Below, piece after piece: positions 50,501-58,581 of a DNA stretch of 64,000 bases. Source of the stretch: an uncultured Desulfospira sp. (GTDB taxonomy: Bacteria; Desulfobacterota; Desulfobacteria; Desulfobacterales; Desulfobacteraceae); contig OY760175.1 in assembly GCA_963663165.1 (NCBI GenBank), forward strand, positions 4,512,001 to 4,576,000. The letters are read 5' to 3'. How positions within the stretch are numbered: the stretch's first letter is position 1; each line of letters starts with the position of its first letter. The position numbers were made by a program, and so were the translations under genes. The notes beneath the pieces are model-generated. The model ran no database searches. It was not told the origin of the DNA and was given only the letters and a program-made list of their open reading frames with translations.

Positions 50501-53500
50501 GGCAATTAAAAATTCAACCCGGGAGACACCGGTTTCATCGGTTGCATTGCAGCTGATGGTGGCCGTGCTGTTTACGGTTGTGACGTCGGCAATGGCAGTG
50601 CCATTCAGGGTGATGTTGGAAATGACGGGCCCGAGCGTATCTGCCCTGGGAGTGCCTGAAACCGTATTGATGCTTTCCTGATCTTCCCCGCCGGACAGGT
50701 TCACCGTTGTCACGGCAAAATGATAGGTTGTGCCGTTGGTCAGCCCTGCAACACTGATACTGGTTCCGGTAGTGGTCAAAACCGGAGACATGCCCTCAAC
50801 ACTGGTAAAAGGATCTGTGCTTTTATAAATACGGTAATTTTTAACGTATTCAGTCGGCAGAACCGCATTCCAGGAAAGGGTTACCCTGCCACTGAGGGCT
50901 TCCACTGATGGGGTACCCGGATTCTTCATAACCGTATATCCGGTAATGGAAACCCCGGAACTTTCATTGCCGTTGGTATCTACAGCCGTGATTTTAAACA
51001 GGTAAGCCTTTGACGATGTAAGACCGGTCGCTTCATACTGGTTCGACTGGTCAAGCTGGGTCGAATCATAAGAAATCTCTACCCCGTCGCCACCATCAAA
51101 ATAGATCATGTAATGGTGTAGATCCCCCATGGTATTTACAGAGTGATTCCAGGTAAAGGTCAAGCTGTCGGCACCGCTTTGAACCGCAAGGTTGGTCACA
51201 TTTTCAGGGGCAGTTTGAATGGTAAAGGTCCGGGTCGCCGGGGTAGGGTCTTCATTCCCCGAATAATCCATGGCCTTGACCCTGAAAACATGTTCCCCGT
51301 CTTCAAGTCCGGTATACTGGATGTTGGTGTCCGACGAATATTCGGACCATTCCCCGTCATCGAGCTGGACGGCATAGGTCAGTTGCCATTGGACATTATC
51401 CACAGCCGTCCAGGTAAAGCCGGCCGTGCTGTCGTAAACAATCCCGCCATCCGAAGGCCCGGATGAAACGGTGGTTTCCGGAGGCTCGGTATCCAGCAAT
51501 GTGGTAAATGAGGTTTCAACAGAGTAATCGCTCCAGCTGCCCCGGCTGTCCTTGTACCGCACCTGCCAGTAATAGGTGGTGCCCAATTCAAGGGTCCCGT
51601 AGGACAGGGTGATGCTGGTCAGGTCCGTGGTGGTCTCTTCATAAAACACAGGGTCATCATAGGTGCCGTCAGATGACCGGACCTGCCATTGGGTGGTGGT
51701 ATGGGTATCGTCCGTATCACTGTCGTTAAAATCCGAAGCCGTCAAGGTCACATAAGGGTTGACCGAGTCATCGCCATTTGCCGGGGCCAGGTTTTCAGGT
51801 TGCTCGGGAAGGTTGTTTTCAAAGGTAACGGTGATGGTATCGGCATCACTTTCCAGTGAAGATTCATCCAGGCCGGTAACACTGAAGAGATTCTCTCCTA
51901 TGGAAAGCTCGGTCTTATAGGTCCAGGTCGTATACCCCGCCGTATAAGTTACCCCTTCTTCAGAACCATTGACCAAAATAGAGGCCGTATCTTCCGAGCA
52001 GGTCCCTTCCAGAATAAAAGTGGATAGCTGAACCGTCATGTCACCGCCCCCATTGGTGGCGATGACAGGAGCCCCTTCCGGCGTGGTGTCCCGGGTAATG
52101 GTGATTAAAGTCCGGCCGCTTTCATCGTTGCTGCCGTCTATGGCCTGGACATAAAAGTAGTTATACCCTTCTGTTAGAGAAACCAGGCATAGCCAGGTTG
52201 TCTCTCCGGGCGTATAGGTAACATCTGTTGACGTGTCGTTCACCAGAACCTGATGGGTTCCAGTGGGGCAGGTCCCTTCTATTACAAAGCTGGTTTCAGC
52301 GGTTGTGAGATTGACGCCGTTATTGGTTGTAATGATCGGGTTGGCCACGGATGGAACATATATTGTACCCACGTCACCACTGTTATAGCCGGTACCGCCT
52401 GCAACGGTGACGTTTGCTGTAAGGAAAGTTTCCGAAGGGGGTGTCAAAAAATAGTTGAACGCAATTCTTCCGCCGCCACCACCACCGCCATCATTAATGG
52501 TATAAGCATTTCCGCCTTTTGCTGAGATTATTCCTGATCCGGTTATCTCACCTGCTGTTATATAAACCGATCCACCAGAGCCGCCGCCCGAGGCATGAGT
52601 ATAATTATTATAACCGCCACTGCCGTCGGCATGAATATCTCCATCCAGAATCAGAACACCACCTACGGTTAATTTTAGTGCCCCGCCGCCACTGCCGCCT
52701 TTAAAATTGTTGTTATAGCTGTCGCCACCACCGCTGCCCAGAGCTGTGGGTTCGGTTTCACTTCCATAGAATGAACCACCGGCGGCATATTGTGAATTTC
52801 CGCCACTGCCGCCATACCCGGCGCCGCCGGCATCATTATAGTTGTCTTCCCCCTGCCCGGGGCCCTCTGATCCGGCATACCCCCGTTTGCTGACGTCAAT
52901 GCTCGAATTCAATTCAATATGCATGCTGCCGGTTACCATCAGATCCAGGGCATACTCCCGGTCACGGCTGTTGGCCGGGTGGGTAACCGTTGTATTGTCG
53001 CTGATGGCCAGGCCGGCCATGGAAAACGATCCGGTCTGTTCCAGGACAATCTGTCCACCGCCATGGAGACTGACATCACCATAGTTACCGTAAATCGGTG
53101 TTATACCGCCCTGGCTGGTGTTGTTTAAAATTTGCAGAGTCCCGACGTCATCAGCTGAGGATTTCAAATAGATGGTACCGGTACCGCCAACCTGATACCC
53201 TGATCCCCCATAGGCAGAAAGTTTAATCCTTGAATCAAGAGTATTATAATAAACGGCGACTCTTCCCCCGCCCCCGCCCCCGCCGTCATTTGAGGTGTAA
53301 GCATTCCCGCCGTCCGCTGTGATACGGCCTGATCCCGATATCGTTTTGGCAATGATATAAATTGAACCGCCGGAACCGCCGCCCGAGGCATGAGTGTAGT
53401 TGCTAAAACCGGCACCCCCGTCAGCATAGATGCCGCCTTCCAGGGTCAGAGTACCGTCTATGGTCAGCTTAATGGCGCCACCGCCACTGCCGCCTTTGTA

Positions 53501-56500
53501 ACTGGTATCATAGCTATTGCCGCCGCCACTGCCCAGAACCATGGGGGCAGTGATGCTTCCATAACTTGCACCCCCATTGGTGAAAGAAGAACTGCCGCCG
53601 GTACCGCCGTGACCGGCACCTCCTGAATCATTGTAGTTGTCCGTTCCCCGGCCGGGTCCTTGTCCGCCGGGATATCCTTTTTCGCTGATGTCAATGCTGG
53701 AGCCTGATTCAATAAACATATCCCCGGCTATGGCCAGATCCAGGGTATATACCTGCGCACTACTGTTGGCCCGGTGGGTAACGGTTGTGTTTTCACTGAT
53801 TTCAAACGTGTCCATGGAAACGGAACCGGTTTGCTCCAGCACCACCTCGCCGCCTCCACGGACGATCACTTTGCCGTAGTCGCCGGAAACCGGGGTGATA
53901 CTCCCGCTGCTCGCGTTGTTGTCAACAACCAGATCTCCATTGGTGCTTTCTGATGATTTTAGATAAATGGTGCCTATACCGCCATATTCATACCCTGATC
54001 CGCCATATGCAGACATGGTAACGGTGGAATCAAGGGTGTTATAATATACTGCAATTCTTCCGCCACCACCGCCACCGCCTTCAATGCTGTATCCGTTGCC
54101 GCCGTCGGCCGTAATCACACCGGTTCCGGTTATGCTCCCCGCTGTTATATAAACCGATCCGCCTGATCCGCCGCCTGAGGCATAAGTGTAATCATTAGCG
54201 CCATTCCCACCGTCGGCATGAATACCGCCGTATAAGGATAGAGTACTGCCTATGGTCAGTTTTACGGCCCCGCCGCCGGCCCCGCCCTTATAGCTATAAC
54301 CGGTTCCGCAACTGTCGCCGCCGCCGCTGCCGAGCAGCGTCGGCTCAGTGATGCTCCCGTAACTTTCCCCTCCGGCCACACGCTCATCTTTAGAAATGCC
54401 GCCAATACCACCGTGGCCAGCGCCTCCTGCGTCCCTAGTGCTTTCAGTGCCCTGGCCCGGTCCTTGTGAGCCGGCATATCCTCTTGCCGTTACATTGATA
54501 TAGGAACCGGAGTCGACGGTCATGTTGCCGGTTATGGTTAAATCCAGGATAAAGGGTGATTCCGCTTCGGTGCTGTTGGACGGGTGGGTAACCGTTGTGT
54601 TTTCGCTGATGGTCAGGTTTGCCATGGAAAAAGCCCCGGTCTGTCTTAAAATGACCTCGCCGCCGCCGCGGATAATCACGTCATCATAGCTGCCTTCTAT
54701 CGGCGTTGTTACACCGGAGTAGCCGTTGTTGACAATATGCAGGTCGCCATTGACACTTTCCGGGGATTTCAGGTAGATGGTTCCGGTACCGCCGCGCCCG
54801 GCGCTATACCCTAATCCGCCGTAAGCTGACATGGTAATATCGGCTTCAGAATCAAAGGTGTTATAGTAAACCGCAATTCTTCCGCCGCTGCCGCCACCGC
54901 CGTCATCGGAGTATCCATCACCGCCGTCGGCTGTAATCACACCGGTTCCGGTTATGCTCCCCGCTGTTATATAAACCGATCCGCCTGATCCGCCGCCTGA
55001 GGCATAAGTATAGTCCGTATGTCCATTTCCACCGTCGGCATGAATGGCGCCGATTAAGTTAAGCGTACCGGTTATATCCAGCTTTACGACTCCGCCGCCG
55101 GCCCCGCCTTTATACCTGTAACCGGTGCCGCAGCTGTCACCGCCGCCGCTGCCGGGCAGTGTCGGCTCAGTGATGCTCCCGTAACTTTCCCCTCCGGCCA
55201 CACGCTCATCTTTAGAAATGCCGCCAATGCCGCCATGGCCTGCACCGCCTGCGTCCCTAGTGCTTTCTGAACCCTGGCCCGGTCCCTGCGAGCCGGCATA
55301 TCCTCTTGCCGTTACATTGATATAGGAACCGGAGTCGACGGTCATATTGCCGGTTACGGTTAAATCCAGGGTAAAGGGTGATTCCGCTTCGGCGCTGTTG
55401 GACGGGTGGGTAACCGTTGTGTTTTCGCTGATGGTCAGGTTGGCCATGGAAAAAGCCCCGGTCTGTCTTAAAATGACCTCGCCGCCGCCGCAGATAATCA
55501 CGTCATCATAGCTGCCTTCTATCGGCGTTGTTACACCGGAGTAGCTGTTGTTGACAATATGCAGGTGCCCATTGGCACTTTCCGGGGATTTCAGGTAGAT
55601 GGTTCCGGTACCGCCGCGCCCGGCGCTATGCCCTAATCCGCCGTAAGCTGACATGGTAATATCGGCTTCAGAATCAAAGGTGTTATAGTAAACCGCAATT
55701 CTTCCGCCGCTGCCGCCACCGCCGTCATCGGAGTATCCATCACCGCCGTCGGCTGTAATCACACCGGCTCCGGTTATGCTCCCCGCTGTTATATAAACCG
55801 ATCCGCCCGATCCGCCGCCTGAGGCATAAGTATAGTTAGTGGTGCCATTTCCGCCGTCGGCATGAATGGCGCCGTTTAAGTTAAGCGTACCGGTTATATC
55901 CAGCTTTACGACTCCGCCGCCGGCCCCGCCTTTATACCTGTAACCGGTGCCGCAGCTGTCACCGCCGCCGCTGCCGGGCCGCGTCGGCTCAGTGATGCTC
56001 CCGTAACTTTCCCCTCCGGCCGCACTCTCATCTCTAGAAATGCCGCCAATGCCGCCGTGGCCAGCGCCTCCTGCATCCCTAGTGCTTTCAGTGCCCTGGC
56101 CCGGTCCTTGCGAGCCGGCATATCCTCTTGCCGTTACATTGATATAGGAACCGGAGTCGACGGTCATATTGCCGGTTACGGTTAAATCCAGGGTAAAGGG
56201 TGATTCCGCTTCGGTGCTGTTGGACGGGTGGGTAACCGTTGTGTTTTCGCTGATGGTCAGGTTGGCCATGGAAAAAGCCCCGGTCTGTCTTAAAATGACC
56301 TCGCCGCCGCCGCAGATAATCACGTCATCATAGCTGCCTTCTATCGGCGTTGTTACACCGGAGTAGCTGTTGTTGACAATATGCAGGTGCCCACTGGCAC
56401 TTTCCGGGGATTTCAGGTAGATGGTTCCGGTACCGCCGCGCCCGGCGCTATACCCTAATCCGCCGTAGGCTGACATGGTAATATCGGCTTCAGGATCAAA

Positions 56501-57337
56501 GGTGTTATAGTAAACCGCAATTCTTCCGCCGCTGCCGCCACCGCCGTCATCGGAGTATCCATCACCGCCGTCGGCTGTAATCACACCGGTTCCGGTTATG
56601 CTCCCCGCTGTTATATAAACCGATCCGCCTGATCCGCCGCCTGAGGCATAAGTGTAATCATTAGCGCCATTCCCGCCGTCGGCATGAATACCGCCGTATA
56701 AGGATAGAGTACTGCCTATGGTCAGTTTTACGGCCCCGCCGCCGGCCCCGCCCTTATACCTGTAACCGGTGCCGCAGCTGTCACCGCCGCCGCTGCCGGG
56801 CCGCGTCGGCTCAGTGATGCTCCCGTAACTTTCCCCTCCGGCCACACTCCCATCTTTAGAAATGCCGCCAATGCCGCCGTGGCCAGCGCCTCCTGCATCC
56901 CTAGTGCTTTCAGTGCCCTGGCCCGGCCCTTCCGATCCGGCATATCCTTTTGTGTTTAAATTGATGCTTGAATCCGAATCAATGGACATATCGCCGGTTA
57001 TGGTCAGATCCAATAAATTTTCAGAGGCTGCGCTGTGGGTCAGCACGCCACCGTTTATCAGGGTCACATTTGTAAAGGTATGGGGACCGTCCACCGTGAG
57101 GGTACAGTTATTCACGATGATGGTTTGTTCGTCATATGTTGAAACACCGAAGCCTATGGATGCGTTTTGGGTAAATTCCTGGGCGGATACATTATTTACC
57201 GACAGGCAGACCAGGGCAAAAATTATCAGTGCCAAAGGCAAGAGAAAAATGCCGGTCCGGTGTCTAAATTGACTTAAACGGTTTTCCCGTTCATGTGCGG
57301 ATGCTTCTTTTTTCAAGCTTGGCGTGAAAATTTTCAT
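41594..57337 (-). CDS. Giant YD/Rhs protein B2 (5,247 aa), paralog of B1: 6 Gly-rich repeats, 141-aa Cys-rich tip
   Basis: Same architecture; LRLPGQYLDEESGLHYN.HRYYDP..GRY...DPLG and PINKIDPFG. Confidence 0.93.
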   Translation of the reverse strand: MKIFTPSLKKEASAHERENRLSQFRHRTGIFLLPLALIIFALVCLSVNNVSAQEFTQNASIGFGVSTYDEQTIIVNNCTLTVDGPHTFTNVTLINGGVLTHSAASENLLDLTITGDMSIDSDSSINLNTKGYAGSEGPGQGTESTRDAGGAGHGGIGGISKDGSVAGGESYGSITEPTRPGSGGGDSCGTGYRYKGGAGGGAVKLTIGSTLSLYGGIHADGGNGANDYTYASGGGSGGSVYITAGSITGTGVITADGGDGYSDDGGGGSGGRIAVYYNTFDPEADITMSAYGGLGYSAGRGGTGTIYLKSPESASGHLHIVNNSYSGVTTPIEGSYDDVIICGGGEVILRQTGAFSMANLTISENTTVTHPSNSTEAESPFTLDLTVTGNMTVDSGSYINVTARGYAGSQGPGQGTESTRDAGGAGHGGIGGISRDESAAGGESYGSITEPTRPGSGGGDSCGTGYRYKGGAGGGVVKLDITGTLNLNGAIHADGGNGTTNYTYASGGGSGGSVYITAGSITGAGVITADGGDGYSDDGGGGSGGRIAVYYNTFDSEADITMSAYGGLGHSAGRGGTGTIYLKSPESANGHLHIVNNSYSGVTTPIEGSYDDVIICGGGEVILRQTGAFSMANLTISENTTVTHPSNSAEAESPFTLDLTVTGNMTVDSGSYINVTARGYAGSQGPGQGSESTRDAGGAGHGGIGGISKDERVAGGESYGSITEPTLPGSGGGDSCGTGYRYKGGAGGGVVKLDITGTLNLIGAIHADGGNGHTDYTYASGGGSGGSVYITAGSITGTGVITADGGDGYSDDGGGGSGGRIAVYYNTFDSEADITMSAYGGLGYSAGRGGTGTIYLKSPESVNGDLHIVNNGYSGVTTPIEGSYDDVIIRGGGEVILRQTGAFSMANLTISENTTVTHPSNSTEAESPFILDLTITGNMTVDSGSYINVTARGYAGSQGPGQGTESTRDAGGAGHGGIGGISKDERVAGGESYGSITEPTLLGSGGGDSCGTGYSYKGGAGGGAVKLTIGSTLSLYGGIHADGGNGANDYTYASGGGSGGSVYITAGSITGTGVITADGGNGYSIEGGGGGGGRIAVYYNTLDSTVTMSAYGGSGYEYGGIGTIYLKSSESTNGDLVVDNNASSGSITPVSGDYGKVIVRGGGEVVLEQTGSVSMDTFEISENTTVTHRANSSAQVYTLDLAIAGDMFIESGSSIDISEKGYPGGQGPGRGTDNYNDSGGAGHGGTGGSSSFTNGGASYGSITAPMVLGSGGGNSYDTSYKGGSGGGAIKLTIDGTLTLEGGIYADGGAGFSNYTHASGGGSGGSIYIIAKTISGSGRITADGGNAYTSNDGGGGGGGRVAVYYNTLDSRIKLSAYGGSGYQVGGTGTIYLKSSADDVGTLQILNNTSQGGITPIYGNYGDVSLHGGGQIVLEQTGSFSMAGLAISDNTTVTHPANSRDREYALDLMVTGSMHIELNSSIDVSKRGYAGSEGPGQGEDNYNDAGGAGYGGSGGNSQYAAGGSFYGSETEPTALGSGGGDSYNNNFKGGSGGGALKLTVGGVLILDGDIHADGSGGYNNYTHASGGGSGGSVYITAGEITGSGIISAKGGNAYTINDGGGGGGGRIAFNYFLTPPSETFLTANVTVAGGTGYNSGDVGTIYVPSVANPIITTNNGVNLTTAETSFVIEGTCPTGTHQVLVNDTSTDVTYTPGETTWLCLVSLTEGYNYFYVQAIDGSNDESGRTLITITRDTTPEGAPVIATNGGGDMTVQLSTFILEGTCSEDTASILVNGSEEGVTYTAGYTTWTYKTELSIGENLFSVTGLDESSLESDADTITVTFENNLPEQPENLAPANGDDSVNPYVTLTASDFNDSDTDDTHTTTQWQVRSSDGTYDDPVFYEETTTDLTSITLSYGTLELGTTYYWQVRYKDSRGSWSDYSVETSFTTLLDTEPPETTVSSGPSDGGIVYDSTAGFTWTAVDNVQWQLTYAVQLDDGEWSEYSSDTNIQYTGLEDGEHVFRVKAMDYSGNEDPTPATRTFTIQTAPENVTNLAVQSGADSLTFTWNHSVNTMGDLHHYMIYFDGGDGVEISYDSTQLDQSNQYEATGLTSSKAYLFKITAVDTNGNESSGVSITGYTVMKNPGTPSVEALSGRVTLSWNAVLPTEYVKNYRIYKSTDPFTSVEGMSPVLTTTGTSISVAGLTNGTTYHFAVTTVNLSGGEDQESINTVSGTPRADTLGPVISNITLNGTAIADVTTVNSTATISCNATDETGVSRVEFLIAGTTYSDTSGSDYACQWDILSVDDGPYTVQITAYDTLGNTTTASYTVTVALALPPAPVITSPSNGEMVNEADITVSGTAQKLAGIKVYINGSAAGNETTADAKGKFSLLVTLAEDENTLEATAENRTGESVKSTAVTVKLDTSIPDSPSHLKANSGASGVITLTWSKPLDTTVQGYNLYRSATTFTAVGQGTKLNSSLITALTYKDLPDEDGEYYYGITAVDYAENESALSATVSGISDRVAPQAAIEYSPEEHYETTTGRMGTGIVYVTLTVSEPLVTTPFLSINPVGAVPMTIDLDQESELTYTGVFVIDENTPTGTAYAVFSARDEAGNRGDTIASGDTVEIDTEGPALIDIKITPAAPVQNDETDPVAITVVLGLSEAVKDGETPALSYQLSKEGREPVEIDTTDITRIETADGHAETWQAVFTLPADAGFETAETLEFIYSAVDDLDNTSDEITADNAFQIYQGSLPPLAAPTGLAGVSLPAGEIRLTWDAVDQAVGYVLYQQVPGEWQALANLDTVTEYTCNPGADGTYTYAIASLRTENQETAESGRSASVEVVSDSTAPGVPTGLALTLTAQGIQATWTAPADTEDMTYSLYRTDNAGITSIEGLTPVRTGIEVATAIDTKPSEDRHYYVVTAVDQVGNESAPSDPAYLDFALLPVDELSVVQTDDDSPVISWTHSSTSISGYHIELGPEGGTTRLNTALLAGSPYEDTGFDGNDRRYTVIAVNSENKESLGRSIVLPALSAVLPEGTGLKRGLMNRLEYTVTNSGTTAVEDAVLKVTVESHEHVSSSFDLGGGESLTVPVVIGGYSDLPDTSSIETVIQITPNDGETVRIATTSDISVGTGMLKLSFTNDEFVRSTSGEIVFTLENTGDEQIEMVTAEPGSKASADITLYLNDGEGNTLSTGTYTQNLGPNVVTLASGRTVARIGPGETFESRPMSITVPSDAPDEMTLVLRINRIYYALGEDNEVEMSGVRTKRDITLIDTAYYGEISSITPETSTGDQDIEITGQAVDRGDGDPLADVPLTLFITINGFERSVDVFTGSDGTFTYAFEPRQGEYGDYEVCAIHPDRTDRPAHGSFTINNPNDSLISFSPAIYNLTAIRNYEYEIVVTATAGSLAQASGLGFVYEAADQDGGVFPTGIYVETGDPVESLFANERTTLPITVWADNAADGNASLVLRLVSDETGDGDLGTLTVNVNCLATDDADAGPSLSYSPGYIETGLALNESTSETLTLKNKGFAELTDLSVTLVNADGSEAPSWAVLNLPSDQESIEIGESVDLTLLFYPTESAVSEGDYAFYVQVSGANYEADRILVHVAVTDSGIGNVLFKVSDIYTATIDEDTGEMIQGLSGASLSLQNENVTSVSYTAKTDKNGEIWLSDLPTGRYKYYLTADNHDQVTGRIWIKPGITVTEDVFMGYNLVSVEWTVTETTIEDKYEIVLTATYETDVPAAVVVAEPASISLPDMEPGDVLTGEIRFTNYGLIRAEEIEFSLPDSSEYFKYELLASVPDTIEAKESITVPYRVTCLASLTGGDDGAGGDCVTYSDKTCLWYLYVCSNGTHYEDIVCSGFTWVGGDCSGGTYAIVSGGGSGGGGTSSGGGTSGGGGGGTYTGSYTPSGVTADGVVCAPIAVCEVFDECCKASARARVGSYVNLMNGDYEDDVIDMFLKIPGDVLIVRRFFYNQAWHFENNGAELTFNYKVDSSTPESITKDGVDYEKSDTAGTVYTFNKIKHIYRDSDGYLWKDRIGNWVQYDTEGRILFRGNQDQTNFTYGYDEDNPDLLTHVLDKNQDIVLWYEYNSDGQVVLAKDSDSGDARQVSYQYTDGHLTQVTDLLGNEFSYTYDTDGRMTSKTDQIGRALEIEYNTFGWVSAVIDADGNRTEYSYAQNDAANERYNMITYANGRVQETWYDEKGRVTRIDLNGITIEENIYENRKQYKTDERGYTTIYEFDEWGQLIKKTYPDDSYEVSEYDPDTQLLVRRIQRNGTQITYEYDENGNMTQRILAPGTDNEIVYQYTYDDNGNQLTQTIAGDDNTLESEITMVYDDYGNMVSKTDPEGNTTTYTYNNLGMKLTQEDPRGNTWTFTYDDAGNMETQTDPLGNVTRYEYNAAGNRVSVTDAMGGVYEYTYDANNRKLSQTDPMGNTTVYERDFEGKVLQETDAEGSFLVYEYDGLGRLISQGNSAGKQITYEYDENSAAGCTACSNGGLDKPSVIRYPTMDVRHVYDSLGRKIQELYELDGGATTHERSTSYDIMGNITDQTDMNGVTHTVEFDDINRKVKEIRPDGTGISYTYDKRKNMLSLTDANGHTTAFEYDRNNRLIKETRPEGQETVYDYDENGNLTRRMDAQGRITQYDYNKVNKLEEIRYYASATAASQDPDTPDKTIAFAYNETGKLTEYNDGEFSAQYEYDLSQRKISETITCNDFTKTWAYEYYKNGLKKSFTAPDGTLYEYTYTEDNKIGTISIPGVGTVSYNAYAWNEPDSILLPGGTLREFEYDDFYRPGSITTKDPGDNTLMDQAFVYDNEDNVTSVTTLTGTVTYDYDQQYRLTGVDDSSGGAVSYTFDHMGNRLSQTGATADWTYNENDQLLSTGDAEFTYDLNGNMISKTTGSQTFNYTYDHEDRLIRIDLDSGGTQTPIAAYGYDPFGRRTWKEVNGTKTYFIYAEEGLVAEFDEAGELIRAYGYSPVTVNSNNPVFIKSGTSTYFYHTDRLKKPVKITDVSGGVVWSATYDAYGQAQVDAGSTLVNNLRLPGQYLDEESGLHYNRHRYYDPAAGRYIQADPLGLGNRPNAGKYQTSQSCIQGYNDIDINYYVYADANPINKIDPFGTLSIGLGVEVSTGCIPILGAVGIEASGKAGLAKCCNCETRQMESMHVLEVCLMACGGIDPPSIKIYLGLDSSDCCPKGTEGELELKAECSIPGLSCGISLKFPPFPPGPPTVSCSGGGSAGITGIDMGASCKAGGCGKIKW
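52351..57013 (-). repeat. Six intragenic Gly-rich repeat units (822 bp and ~789 bp classes)
   Basis: Near-identical DNA units; shadow ORFs at 54262, 55084, 55906, 56728 (822 bp period). Confidence 0.92.
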
Positions 57338-57395
57338 CTTTATGTCCTCTTCTCCATCAATGGCGCTATTTTTTTCGGCCCTGTAATTTATTGGA

Positions 57396-58298
57396 TCAGT
57401 CGTTCATTGTAACTTTTAAGCCCTTGCCCTCAAACCGGAAGCGGTGGTGGCCTTCCATGACATCTGTTTTGGTCTTTCCAAAAATCCGCATGGCAACATA
57501 CCAGGCGGCATTCTGTTTAAAGATCCGTTTATGGGCATCGGCGATCTGCCAGGTGTGGTTCTCATAAATTTCAGCCCAGTTGTGGTAGCTGGCCGGATGC
57601 AGCACTTCATTTTGTTTGCAGATATATCCCCCCACGCACCGGGCCGGGATGGCGTTGGCCCGGCACAGGGCAGCAAAGAGGTACATGTATTCGGTGCAGT
57701 CGCCTTTTTTGTGCTCAAGGGCGTAGAGCGCGCCCTTGTCTTTGCCCGAAAAGCCGGCATAGGTCATGTGGTTGACCATCCACTGGAAGGTGTTTTGGGC
57801 GGTTTTTTCAGGGGTGGCGGCTTTCAGCGGCTGGGCCGTACGGATGATTTGCGGGTCATCGCACTGGATGAATGGTTCAGGCTCTAAAAAGGGGTTTAAA
57901 TCCGTCGCCTTTTCCGGGTTGGGCGAATCCGCCATCATGAGATTTGCCGTGATGGAAAGGATCCGGCTGCCGTAAGGCGGCAGTTTTTCGATCACGAAAT
58001 AAAGAATCTGATTGCCCAGATCGTCCACAATCACCTCATGGGGATGGGCGGTTTCAATGTTGACGCATTGCTGGGTTGGCGTCAGCTTTACCGGTCCATA
58101 GGTCCAGAACCGGGCATTTTCAATAAGATCGCCGGTGGTATTTTTCAGGGTGAACGAATAATGGATCTGTCGTGAAATTGAATTCGGGCTGTCTGTCTTT
58201 TCAAGGTCCCGGCTGAATGCCGGTAACGTTGAAACAACCATCAGCAGAACACAGATTGCCGCATGAATGCAGATTTCTTTTGAAGTCATGCCTAACAT
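57396..58298 (-). CDS. Secreted transglutaminase-like (papain-fold Cys-His-Asp) protein
   Basis: Signal-like N-terminus; GDCTEY..LFAALCRA..IPAR.VGG, YHNWAE, W..AD; stop 58 bp before B2 start. Confidence 0.88.
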   Translation of the reverse strand: MLGMTSKEICIHAAICVLLMVVSTLPAFSRDLEKTDSPNSISRQIHYSFTLKNTTGDLIENARFWTYGPVKLTPTQQCVNIETAHPHEVIVDDLGNQILYFVIEKLPPYGSRILSITANLMMADSPNPEKATDLNPFLEPEPFIQCDDPQIIRTAQPLKAATPEKTAQNTFQWMVNHMTYAGFSGKDKGALYALEHKKGDCTEYMYLFAALCRANAIPARCVGGYICKQNEVLHPASYHNWAEIYENHTWQIADAHKRIFKQNAAWYVAMRIFGKTKTDVMEGHHRFRFEGKGLKVTMND

Positions 58299-58394
58299 TT
58301 ATTCCATCCTTAGTTGGTAAACATGGGAGACGGGTGCTGCCGCCAACGTGAAATCAATACCAATTTTATTATATAATAATATAATATCAAATGA

Positions 58395-58410
58395 AGCAAT
58401 AAACGTGCCG
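58395..58410 (-). promoter_or_regulatory. Sigma54 (-24/-12) promoter of Rhs unit 2
   Basis: Minus strand CGGCAC-GTTTA-TTGCT. Confidence 0.72.
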
Positions 58411-58478
58411 AAAAAAATGGTATTCTGGAAAGCCGGATCTGTGGGGTTTACGAAATTTTTGGGAATTTTTTTCTATAG

Positions 58479-58532
58479 AAAAAATGTAATCATTTTATGT
58501 AAAAAATTTCTCAGTGTGTAAAAAATTTCTCA
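58479..58532. promoter_or_regulatory. Enhancer-like block with two identical 16-mers
   Basis: tgtaaaaaatttctca at 58498-58513 and 58517-58532 (TGT-N10-TCA). Confidence 0.68.
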
Positions 58533-58581
58533 TTGCTGCTGTTCAAAAGCCGGGCAGGGGAACCGGCTTAAAAAGGACCGG

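Noticed and set aside
31105..56943. Recurrent 70-92 aa ORFs at fixed offsets
   Set aside because: Off-frame shadows of the intragenic repeats, useful only for measuring the period
20288..57337. T6SS effector locus, prophage tail genes or DGR target
   Set aside because: No PAAR, VgrG, Hcp, phage or reverse transcriptase genes; signal-peptide-like N-termini; repeat differences are not adenine-specific
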